Part shown: positions 1-7,990 of the stretch, one piece after another
How the letters are laid out: every line of letters starts with the position of its first letter
Numbering within the stretch: position 1 is the first letter of the stretch
Assembly: GCA_020425105.1 (NCBI GenBank)
Contig: JAGQRU010000136.1
Coordinates: 1-42,359 of the forward strand
Origin: Paracoccaceae bacterium
Lineage (GTDB): Bacteria; Pseudomonadota; Alphaproteobacteria; Rhodobacterales; Rhodobacteraceae
Direction: 5' to 3'
Length of the DNA stretch: 42,359 nucleotides
Program-made: the position numbers and the translations under genes
Notes under the pieces: model-generated
Database searches by the model: none
The model's input: only the letters and a program-made list of their open reading frames with translations
Told to the model about the DNA's origin: nothing

Positions 1-299
1 GGCGAGAACGGCGTGACGTTGTTGATGGCGAGGATCGAGAAGTCGAGCGTGCCGAGCGCGGCCGCCGTCACAGTGTCTTCCTCGCTGCCGAGCTGGCCGT
101 TCAGGAACAGCTTCCCGGTATGGGCGCCGCCGGTCTGTTCCTGCAGCGCGGCGATGAAGGCATTGCCAAGCGCTTCTTGGCTGCCACCCGCGCCGTCGCC
201 AACGGCAATCCGGAATTCAGTCGCCATCGCCTGGCCGGCAGTCAGTGCAATCAGCGCAGCCACGGCCGCGCTGCTCAGTGCCTTCGAAAAATAGGTCAT
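1..299 (-). CDS. tauK: TRAP transporter substrate-binding protein DctP, taurine-type (TauK-like); 5' part only, runs off the window
   Basis: Manual translation from ATG at 299 (not in ORF track): MTYFRKALSSAAVAALIALTAGQAMATEFRIAVGDGAGGSQEALGNAF...KLFLNGQLGSEEDTVTAAALGTLDFSILAINNVTPFS. Signal peptide plus DctP 'F.NGQLG.E' motif; divergent from a TauR-like regulator as in tauR/tauKLM loci. DctP family is secure; the tauK symbol rests on context. Confidence 0.75.
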   Translation of the reverse strand, partial: MTYFSKALSSAAVAALIALTAGQAMATEFRIAVGDGAGGSQEALGNAFIAALQEQTGGAHTGKLFLNGQLGSEEDTVTAAALGTLDFSILAINNVTPFS

Positions 300-399
300 G
301 TTTCCCTGTTCCCACTGGATGGTGTTTGAGATGTTCTTGGAGTCTCCCGGCTGTTTCCGCCGGACGTGAAGGAAACATGACATGTTGACACGGCCAGCG

Positions 400-431
400 T
401 TATCGCCAGTCTATCTTAACGATAGAGCCAG
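400..431 (-). promoter_or_regulatory. Putative TauR direct-repeat operator
   Basis: Minus strand CTGGCTCTAT (431-422) and CTGGCGATAA (409-400), 22 bp apart; each 7/10 to the CTGGACYTAA direct repeat bound by Rhodobacter capsulatus TauR. Confidence 0.5.
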
Positions 432-459
432 TTTGGAAGGATGATGCGGGAGCGAGGCT

Positions 460-1935
460 TTGCAGCACCGAATTCAGCCGGAATCGGTTTTCTTACAGAA
501 AGATTCCGTTCGGACGCTTCAAGGTCAGCTTGCCGTGGCACTTGTCCGGCTGATCCTGGATCGCCGCTATCCGCCCGGCACGCGGCTGCCTTCGACCCGG
601 AAACTGGCGGCGCATTTGGGATTATCGCGGCTGACGGTGTCGCTGGTTTACGAGGAACTGACCGCGCAGGGATACATTGAATCGCTGCCGCGCTCGGGGT
701 ACGCCGTGGCCTCCACCGTACCGCATCGGCGTATCGAACCTCCCGCGCGCGAGACAAGCGAAGATGAGGTCGACTGGTCTCGCTGGTTGATCGGCGCGCC
801 CAACCGCAAGCGCGTGATGCGCAAGCCGGCGGACTGGCAAAGCTACGACTACAATTTCATCTACGGCCAGCCGGACCCGACCCTGTTCGATCTCGGCGCG
901 TGGCGGGAATGCGTTCGCATGACCACCGGAAAACGTGATTTCGGTGAACTTGCGACCGACCATTACGGCCAAGACGACCCGATGCTGATCGATTTCATCT
1001 GCGCCAACACGCTGCCGCGGCGCGGGATCGTTGCCCAACCGGAAAACGTGCTGATCACGATGGGAGCACAGAACGCGCTGTTTCTCGCCGTCGAACTGCT
1101 GGCGGCGCCGAACCGGCTGGCGGTGATGGAAGAGCCGGGGTACCCCGACTGCGCTGAGATCCTGCGTCACGCCAACTGCCCTGTCCATTTCCAGCCGATT
1201 GACCGTCTCGGCCTCGATCCCGCCAGCTTGCCCGAGGAGACACGGCTGGTCGCGGTGACGCCGAGCCATAACATTCCCACCGGCATCACCATGCCGCTGG
1301 CACGCCGCAGGGAATTGCTGCGCATCGCCAGAGAGCGCGATTTTCTGATCATCGAGGACGATTACGAATTCGAGATGTCCTATCTGGCTCCGCCCGAACC
1401 GTCGCTGAAGTCGTTGGACCAATTCGATCGGGTTATCTATATCGGCAGCTTCTCCAAGTCGCTGTTCCCCAGCCTGCGGATCGGCTATCTGGTCGGTCCG
1501 GCGCCGCTGATCCAGAAAGCGCGCGAACTGCGCACGATCATACTACGTCATGCGCCAGGCCATTTGCAGCGCATCACCGCCTATTTTTTGGCCTACGGGC
1601 ACTACGATGCCCATATCGTCAACCTGCGGCGGACGTTTCGCCAGCGCCGCGCAGCGATCGTCGAAGCCCTGCAGGACGTGCCGCATCTGTCCATCGCCGG
1701 TGCGGCCCGCCAGGGAGGATCGAGCATTTGGGTCCGTGGACCGGAGGGAATGGACAGCGAGGATCTAGGCAGACGGCTGCGCGGCAAAAGCGTGATCATC
1801 GAACCAGGCGCGGTGTTCTTCAACAACCCGGTCTTGCCTTGCCCTTACTTCCGGCTCGGATATTCCTCGATCCCCGATCAGAGGATCCGGCCAGGGATCG
1901 AGATCATCGGAGAGGCGGCGCGGGAATATTGTTAG
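460..1935 (+). CDS. tauR: MocR/GabR-family PLP-dependent transcriptional regulator, TauR-like
   Basis: N-terminal GntR wHTH (RLPSTRKLAAHLGLSRLTV) plus aminotransferase-like domain (IIEDDY, YIGSFSKSLFPSLRIGY with the PLP lysine); TTG start after GAGG; divergent from the tauK-like dctP. Confidence 0.8.
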   Translation: MQHRIQPESVFLQKDSVRTLQGQLAVALVRLILDRRYPPGTRLPSTRKLAAHLGLSRLTVSLVYEELTAQGYIESLPRSGYAVASTVPHRRIEPPARETSEDEVDWSRWLIGAPNRKRVMRKPADWQSYDYNFIYGQPDPTLFDLGAWRECVRMTTGKRDFGELATDHYGQDDPMLIDFICANTLPRRGIVAQPENVLITMGAQNALFLAVELLAAPNRLAVMEEPGYPDCAEILRHANCPVHFQPIDRLGLDPASLPEETRLVAVTPSHNIPTGITMPLARRRELLRIARERDFLIIEDDYEFEMSYLAPPEPSLKSLDQFDRVIYIGSFSKSLFPSLRIGYLVGPAPLIQKARELRTIILRHAPGHLQRITAYFLAYGHYDAHIVNLRRTFRQRRAAIVEALQDVPHLSIAGAARQGGSSIWVRGPEGMDSEDLGRRLRGKSVIIEPGAVFFNNPVLPCPYFRLGYSSIPDQRIRPGIEIIGEAAREYC

Positions 1936-1974
1936 GATGCGATGTCAAAGCACAAGCTGGAGGGGAAGGCATCC

Positions 1975-2046
1975 ATGGGAGAGGTTACCATCATCGGCGT
2001 CGATCTGGCAAAGACCGTGCCCCAAGTTCATGGCGTTGCGGCGAAC
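1975..2046 (+). pseudogene. IS110-family transposase N-terminal stub, cut at the IS3 left end
   Basis: RBS GGAGGGG, then MGEVTIIGVDLAKTVPQVHGVAAN, matching the IS110 'IG.DLAK.VFQVHG' start; ends exactly where the IS3 left repeat begins (2047). Confidence 0.8.
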
Positions 2047-3307
2047 TGAGATGCCCCTAGATTTGTAGACGCTTTGCTTGGTAATTTTGGAAGCAACGGA
2101 TGACGCACATGTCAGGGCAAATTCGTTACTCGGATGAGTTCAAGATCGACGCGGTGGCTCAGGTCACGGAGCGTGGGTATTCGGTCAAGGAAGTGGCTGA
2201 ACGTCTCGGGATCAGCACCAAATCTCTATCTACGTGGATCGTGCAATTCACGAAGCCGCAGAGACAGACCGATCAGGAGGCTGAGGCCAGGCGGCTTAAG
2301 AAAGAACTGGCCCGTGTGACCGAGGAGCGCGACATCTTAAAAAAGGGCGAGGCTTGTCCGCCATTGGTCCGAGGACAATGCCGAGCGCGTACTTCGCCAG
2401 GGATGCAAAGTGAGGCACGCGTTTATAGACGCGCATCGCCAACAGCACCCTGTTCGCGTTCTCTGCAAAATGCTGAGCGTCCATCCAAGTGGTTTCTATG
2501 CATGGGCCAAGGAACCGTTAAGCGCAACGTGCGCTTGAAGATCCGCGTCAGACCAAGCTGGTGAAGACGGCGTGGAACGACAGCGGCAAGGTTTATGGCT
2601 ACCGCAAAATCCACGACGACCTGATCGACATGGGCGAGGCGGTGTCAGAGAACCGCGTTGCCCGTTTGGCCCACCTTGCAGGCATTCAGGCACAGATCGG
2701 CTACAAGAAGAAGCCCGGGGTTTATGGTGGAAAGCCCTCTGTCGTCGTGGACAACACGCTGGATCGGCAGTTCGCCGTCGACGCGCCGGATCGTGCTTGG
2801 GTGACGGATATCACCTATCTGCGGACGCACGAAGGCTTCGCGTACCCCTACGCGGTCATCAATCTGTTCTCGCGGCGTGTCGTTGGTTGGGCCGTCCAGT
2901 CACGCCAAACATCAGAACTGGCAGTGCAAGCATTGCTGATGGCGATCTGGCGGCGAAAGCCCAGGCCCGGCCTGCTGATCCGTTCAGATCAAGGCGCGCA
3001 ATTTACCAGCCGTGAATGGGCAGCGTGCCTGCGGGAACATCAACTGGAACACTCCATGAGCCGCAGGGGCAATTGCCATGACAACGCAGTAGCAGAACGC
3101 TTCTTTCAGCTTTTGAAACGGGAGAAGGTCAGGCGGCGAAAATACCGGACGCGCGAAGAAGCGCGGCGCGATGTCTTTGAGTAAAGCGAGCTGTTCTACA
3201 ACCCAAAACGCAAGCGCACGAACAACGACATGCTGTCGGCCGTTGAGTTCGAAGAAAGACAGATCAAACTGGAAAAGGCAGGTGTCTAGGAAACTAGGGG
3301 CATCTCA
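2047..3307 (+). mobile_element. IS3-family insertion sequence, 1261 bp, degenerate
   Basis: TG...CA ends; IRL TGAGATGCCCCTAGATTTGTAGAC (2047-2070) vs reverse complement of IRR TGAGATGCCCCTAGTTTCCTAGAC (3284-3307), 21/24 match; orfA/orfB layout; no target duplication (AAC left, GTG right). Confidence 0.93.
2100..3289 (+). pseudogene. IS3-family transposase orfA/orfB, inactivated
   Basis: orfA HTH (RYSDEFK...VAERLGIS...EERDILKK), A6G slippery site 2339-2345, orfB rve core (WVTDITY, SDQGAQF, SRRGNCHDNAVAERFF). Lesions: net frameshift in the insert after the slippery site, extra base near 2524, premature TAA 3182-3184 with the frame continuing to TAG 3287-3289. Confidence 0.9.
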
Positions 3308-3451
3308 GTGGTCTTACCGCCCACAAAGGTCTCATCGACCGCTGCGACCTTGCCAGCGCCGCCCAGAGGGGCTTCACCGTCGACCTCGGCCATGTGTTCA
3401 CGGATCAGCTTAGCCATGCGCCATGCGGTCTTGTACGTGACGCCAAGCGCC
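3308..3451 (-). pseudogene. IS1595-family transposase internal fragment, cut at the IS3 right end
   Basis: LGVTYKTAWRMAKLIREHM...LGGAGKVAAVDETFVGGK matches the IS1595 HTH-to-DDE segment (LGV.YKTAW; VE.DET..GG). Confidence 0.8.
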
Positions 3452-3530
3452 TTGAGCCTGCTAGGCACGATCTCAATGCGGTTTCGCCGATTGCATCACC
3501 CAGCGCTTCGGAAATCGATTCGCCCGGCCC

Positions 3531-4082
3531 CTAAAGCCGACCGAGTTCGACGAATGCCCGGCTGAAATAGTCCGCCAAGCTTCTTGAGGGGTCCTTGAAC
3601 CACGCATCAAGGACGAGGGCAAAAATCGCCATACCGGACCGCGCGGCAAGCTGAGCACGGAATCCGTCAATACCCCGCCGCTCCAGCGATACGGCAAGTG
3701 TCTGAGACAGAGCACCTAATTTTGAGGTCTCACGTTCTTTAAGAATTGGGGTCCGCTCAATCAGTTCCTGCCGTGGAAGTGAATATGACCGGTTTGCTTC
3801 GAACCTTGGCGCGACTTGCTGAAACGCCCTTTGAAGCACAGCCATGGGGGATAGGTCCTGCGGCGCCTCCGCGATTGCCTGCGTGAGGGCTGTTGCCAGT
3901 TTCTCCTGACTTTCGAACAGGACTTCGCGCTTGTCTGGAAAATGTCGGAAGAAAGTCCGCTCGGTCACGCCCGCCTGCGCGGCAATCTCTGCCGTGGTCG
4001 TATGGTCATAGCCTCGCTCCCGGAACAGGGCGAGCGCTGCGTCCTGCAGCCGGCGGCGGGCATCTTCTCCACTTCTTGGCAT
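3531..4082 (-). CDS. TetR/AcrR-family transcriptional regulator
   Basis: LFRERGYDHTTTAEIAAQAGVTERTFFRHFPDKREVLF HTH; 183 aa; divergent from an oxidoreductase. Confidence 0.92.
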   Translation of the reverse strand: MPRSGEDARRRLQDAALALFRERGYDHTTTAEIAAQAGVTERTFFRHFPDKREVLFESQEKLATALTQAIAEAPQDLSPMAVLQRAFQQVAPRFEANRSYSLPRQELIERTPILKERETSKLGALSQTLAVSLERRGIDGFRAQLAARSGMAIFALVLDAWFKDPSRSLADYFSRAFVELGRL

Positions 4083-4102
4083 GGCGCGAGATTATCGTTG
4101 AC

Positions 4103-4141
4103 GTCAGTAACTGTCATTATATTTTAGCGTCAGTTACTGAC
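4103..4141. promoter_or_regulatory. Tandem TetR operators in the divergent promoter
   Basis: GTCAGTAACTGTC (4103-4115) and the perfect odd palindrome GTCAGTTACTGAC (4129-4141); TTGACG -35-like hexamer at 4098-4103. Confidence 0.75.
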
Positions 4142-4187
4142 ATAATGTTCTGTGATTTCCAAACAACGTGTCTGCACGGAGAACCAC

Positions 4188-5087
4188 ATGAGAATTTTTG
4201 TAACCGGCGCTACGGGCTGGATCGGATCCGCCGTTGTCGATGATCTCCTCGCCAAGGGCCATGAGCCTGTCTGCCTCGTACGGACAGCGGAAAAGGCAGC
4301 GATGATCCGGGCGAAAGGGGCAGAGCCGGTCCTGGGGGGATTGCAGGATATCGACACGTTGCGCATAGCGACGGAGGCTGCGGATGGTGTGATGCATCTG
4401 GCCTTCGGGGCCGATTTCTCCAAGATTGCTGAACTGGCCGAAGAGGATCGGCAAGCCATCGGTGCGATGTGCGAGGTGCTGAAAGGGTCAGACCGGCCCT
4501 TTGTCGGAACCGGCGGAATCGGCCTTTTGCCGCGGGGCGAGGTGTTTACCGAAGCAACCGCCCCCGGCCCGGTGAACCCCGCTTTCCCGCGCGCGTCCGA
4601 GCAAACCATCGTCGCGCAGGCCGAGGCTGGCGTGCACGCCACATGGGTGCGCAATCCGCGCAGCGTGCATGGCGTAGGCGAGACCCATGGCTTCATTCCG
4701 ATGCTCGTGCGGATCGCGAAGGCCAAGGGCGTGTCGGCCTATGTGGGCGACGGTGAGAACCTTTGGCCAGCGGTTCATCGGCTCGATGCGGCGCGGGTCT
4801 ATACGCTTGCCGTCGAACATGGCGGTCTTGATGGTCCGTTTCATGCAGTGGCCGAAGAAGGCATCCCATTTCGGGCCATCGCAGAGACGATTGCTGCGCA
4901 ACTTGACCTGCCGACGCAATCTCTGGACGTCGACGAAGTCCGGGCGCATTTCGGCCCGACTGCGATGTTTGCCGGGGGCAATGGGCCCGCTTCGAGCGCC
5001 CAGACGCAAAAGCGCCTTGGCTGGGTGCCGCGCGAACCGGGCCTGCTCGTCAATATCAGCCGGCCGGAATATTACGCCGCGCTTTAG
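4188..5087 (+). CDS. Atypical SDR / NAD-dependent epimerase-dehydratase family oxidoreductase
   Basis: MRIFVTGATGWIGSAVV Rossmann motif; WPAVHRLDAARVY and LGWVPREPGLL typical of this family; start moved to ATG 4188 after GGAGA. Confidence 0.88.
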   Translation: MRIFVTGATGWIGSAVVDDLLAKGHEPVCLVRTAEKAAMIRAKGAEPVLGGLQDIDTLRIATEAADGVMHLAFGADFSKIAELAEEDRQAIGAMCEVLKGSDRPFVGTGGIGLLPRGEVFTEATAPGPVNPAFPRASEQTIVAQAEAGVHATWVRNPRSVHGVGETHGFIPMLVRIAKAKGVSAYVGDGENLWPAVHRLDAARVYTLAVEHGGLDGPFHAVAEEGIPFRAIAETIAAQLDLPTQSLDVDEVRAHFGPTAMFAGGNGPASSAQTQKRLGWVPREPGLLVNISRPEYYAAL

Positions 5088-5242
5088 ACGGGTCGCCTTC
5101 AAGTCCCGTCGCCCCGGCTGATCGAAGCGATCCAGTTTCAGCATCGCACCGTTGGAACTGGCATCTTTTCGGACCTGCCTCGGGGCCTTGAAATGGAGCT
5201 GGGTGCGAAGGCGCTATCGCGATCCCGGGGAGGACTCCAATC

Positions 5243-6190
5243 ATGAATACGGGCAATACCGTCGACCTTGCCGCGCTTTACGACAGGTTTCAGGGCAGTG
5301 TGCTTGGCAATGACGCCGACCCGGCCCTGCATTTCTTTCACGCACCGAACTCGATCTGTTCGCAGAAGGTGCGCACGGTTCTGCATCACCTGAATATCCC
5401 GCACTGGTCGCATCTGATCGATGTGTTCCACGGTGAAAGCTACGATCCGCTTTATGTCCGCGCCCGTCATGCGGGCTGCAAGGCGGCCGGGCTGACGCTT
5501 TCGGCGCGCCACCTTGGGACAACCTCGGTGACGACCAGCGGCTGTGATGCCTGTGTCGTGCCAACCGTAATCGACAGACGGGAGGGCACGGTTCTGGTCG
5601 ACTCGCTCCGGATTTGTCTTGCACTCGATGCGGGGCAGGGCGGCGTTCTGGTGCCGGAGGTGCTTCTGGCCGAGATCATGGCGGAATTGTCCGTCGTCGA
5701 CGATCTTCCCAATTATCAGAATCTTGCCGTTCATGTCGTGTCGGACAAGGCCCCCAGAAACGCCTTTGCCGCCAGCAAGGTGGCACGATGCGATGCGCTT
5801 CTTGCCGAATATGGGACCGACCCGGTGTTGCGCGAGGCTTATGAGGCCAAGAAGGCCAAGGAAAAATGGGCCGCCGAGGAGCTGTTCGAAGAGGGCGCGC
5901 TTCAGATCGCGCGGGAAGCGGTCACGTCGGCGCTCGATGCTCTGGAAGAGCGGGTGACCGGGCGCGAGGGCCCGTGGCTTTTCGGCGAGCAGATCACCAT
6001 TGCGGATCTGTTCTGGGGCGCGGAGCTGATACGGATCGATGACCTCGATGGCGCGGACGTGTTCACAAAAGACCGCCTGCCTGCCGTCTTTGCCTGGTAT
6101 GAGCGCCTGTGCGCCCTGCCGGCTTTGAAATCCGCGATCCTTGAATTCCCGCAGGCCCGTATTGGGGCCAAACCGCTCGCACAGGTCTGA
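5243..6190 (+). CDS. Glutathione S-transferase family protein, LinD/PcpC-like (reductive dehalogenase-type)
   Basis: FFHAPNSICSQKVR active-site motif, long insert ending GCDACVVPTVID, DPVLREAYEAKKAKE, GPWLFGEQITIADLFWG; colinear with LinD as I recall it; RBS GGAGG. Confidence 0.75.
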   Translation: MNTGNTVDLAALYDRFQGSVLGNDADPALHFFHAPNSICSQKVRTVLHHLNIPHWSHLIDVFHGESYDPLYVRARHAGCKAAGLTLSARHLGTTSVTTSGCDACVVPTVIDRREGTVLVDSLRICLALDAGQGGVLVPEVLLAEIMAELSVVDDLPNYQNLAVHVVSDKAPRNAFAASKVARCDALLAEYGTDPVLREAYEAKKAKEKWAAEELFEEGALQIAREAVTSALDALEERVTGREGPWLFGEQITIADLFWGAELIRIDDLDGADVFTKDRLPAVFAWYERLCALPALKSAILEFPQARIGAKPLAQV

Positions 6191-6194
6191 GAAG

Positions 6195-6218
6195 CGCCGC
6201 GCGGGGCCCCGCGCGGCG
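6195..6218. terminator. Perfect 24-bp all-GC palindrome between convergent genes
   Basis: CGCCGCGCGGGG|CCCCGCGCGGCG between the GST stop (6190) and the SDR stop (6226); no adjacent U-tract, so the terminator role is inferred. Confidence 0.5.
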
Positions 6219-6225
6219 TCGAGCA

Positions 6226-7131
6226 TCAATCTTTTAAGGCGGGCGTCAGCAGATCACTCATGCCGACGCGATGTAGCATCTCGGCGTGCAGACGGTCGAG
6301 AACCGCAAAGCCCACATCCGCGCCGTCACCTGCCGGGTCATGGTGGATGCGGAACGGGCGCGTGCCCTTGGGCTGCGCCACCGCATCCGCGATGAACTCT
6401 GCCACATCCGCCGGGTCGGCATCCTCGGGCACGATCTTGCCAAAGGCGTCCTGCACCGTGCGGCTGAAACCGGCATAAGGGCCGCTTTCCTCGTAGCTGG
6501 CGAGGCGCGCCGCGTCGGCGGGATGTCCTGCATTGGCAAAGTGGTTGGTGCCCTTAGTAAAGGCGCCCGGCACCACCAGCATTGTCTCGATCCCGAACCG
6601 GGCCACTTCACGGGCATAGGAAACCGCAAGGCTGTCCATGGCCGCCTTGGCCGCGAAATAGGGCGCAAGATAGGGCGGGGTGCCGCCCGCAACGCTGGAA
6701 CTGGAAATCCAGACCAGCAGCCCGTCGCCCCGGGCGCGCATTGCGGGCAGGATCGCGCGGTTGATGCGCTGCGTGCCAAGCACGTTCACGTCGTATTGCT
6801 GGGCAAGCTGTTCGGCGGTGAAAGCCTCGGCGGGGCCGAACATCATGTGACCGGCATTGTGCACCATGACGTCGATCCGGCCGGCCTCGTCGAGAATGGA
6901 TGCCACAGCCGCATCGACCGAGCTTTCGTACTGCACGTCCAACTCGATCGGGCGAAGGTCGATGCCGTCTTTGCCGGCCAGCGCGACGAGATCGGCGGCG
7001 GAAGCGGCGTTCTTGCCGTTCACGCCCCGCATCGACGCATAGACGGTGTCCCCGCGGCGGCCGAGGGCGAGGGCGGTCAAGCGGCCAAAGCCGCTCGACG
7101 CACCGGTGATCAGGATGATCTTCTTGCTCAT
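6226..7131 (-). CDS. Classical short-chain dehydrogenase/reductase
   Basis: TGASSGFG, HNAG, YFAAK (YxxxK), PG motifs. Confidence 0.92.
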   Translation of the reverse strand: MSKKIILITGASSGFGRLTALALGRRGDTVYASMRGVNGKNAASAADLVALAGKDGIDLRPIELDVQYESSVDAAVASILDEAGRIDVMVHNAGHMMFGPAEAFTAEQLAQQYDVNVLGTQRINRAILPAMRARGDGLLVWISSSSVAGGTPPYLAPYFAAKAAMDSLAVSYAREVARFGIETMLVVPGAFTKGTNHFANAGHPADAARLASYEESGPYAGFSRTVQDAFGKIVPEDADPADVAEFIADAVAQPKGTRPFRIHHDPAGDGADVGFAVLDRLHAEMLHRVGMSDLLTPALKD

Positions 7132-7141
7132 GTCACTGGCC

Positions 7142-7879
7142 TCAGATCATGCCGCCATTGGCGCGCAGGACCTGCCCATTGATCCAGCCACCATCGGGGC
7201 CGACGAGGAAGGCCACAGCATTTGCGATATCCTCGGGCGTACCCAGCCGTTCCAGCGGATTGGCCTTGGACAGTTTCTCGATCACCGCTTCGGGTTTGCC
7301 ATCAAGGAACAGCTCGGTACCGGTCGGCCCCGGCGCCACGGCGTTGACCGTAATCCCGCGCCCGCGCATTTCCTTGGCAAGGATGCCGGTGAGTATCTCG
7401 ATCGCGCCCTTGGTTGCCGCATAGATGCCATAGGTCTCGAATTTCAGCGCGGCGACCGAGGACGAAAGGTTCACGATCCGTCCGCCTTCGCGCAACCGCT
7501 GCGCCGCCTCGCGCATGGTATTGATCGACCCTTTGAGGTTGATGTCGATCTGACCGTCGATCAATGCATCGTCGGCTTCGGCCAGGGCGCTAAGCTTCAT
7601 GATACCGGCATTGTTGACCAGCACATCGACACCACCAAAGGCGCTTTCGGCAAGATCGAACATGCGCTTTACAGCGCCCGGATCCGAGACATCGGCCTGC
7701 GCCGCGACAGCCTTGCCGCCCGAGGTTTCGATCTCGGCCACCACTTTGGCGGCGGCGGCCTCGGACCCGGCATAGTTCACGATGACGTTGAAACCGTCCT
7801 TGGCCAGACGGGTCGCAATTGCCGCACCGATCCCGCGCGATGCACCGGTTACCAGGGCTGTTTTGTTCTGAATGGACAT
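7142..7879 (-). CDS. Classical SDR, FabG/3-oxoacyl-ACP-reductase-like
   Basis: TGASRGIG, NNAG, YAATK, VNAVAPGP, INGQVLRANGG; RBS AGGAG. Confidence 0.92.
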   Translation of the reverse strand: MSIQNKTALVTGASRGIGAAIATRLAKDGFNVIVNYAGSEAAAAKVVAEIETSGGKAVAAQADVSDPGAVKRMFDLAESAFGGVDVLVNNAGIMKLSALAEADDALIDGQIDINLKGSINTMREAAQRLREGGRIVNLSSSVAALKFETYGIYAATKGAIEILTGILAKEMRGRGITVNAVAPGPTGTELFLDGKPEAVIEKLSKANPLERLGTPEDIANAVAFLVGPDGGWINGQVLRANGGMI

Positions 7880-7990
7880 ATGCGTCTCCTGAGTATGTTG
7901 AACCTGAAGGGCATATATCCCTCGCAGAAATTCGGATAATCAGCGATAATCCGTCATCACTATTCGCCAATTTCGGACAAAAGGCTCGCC

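Noticed and set aside
1936-1974. Possible IS110 bridge-RNA region (GGATGC...GCATCC hairpin)
   Set aside because: Only about 40 bp of the element end survive before the ATG, too short for a bridge RNA; the rest of the element is absent.
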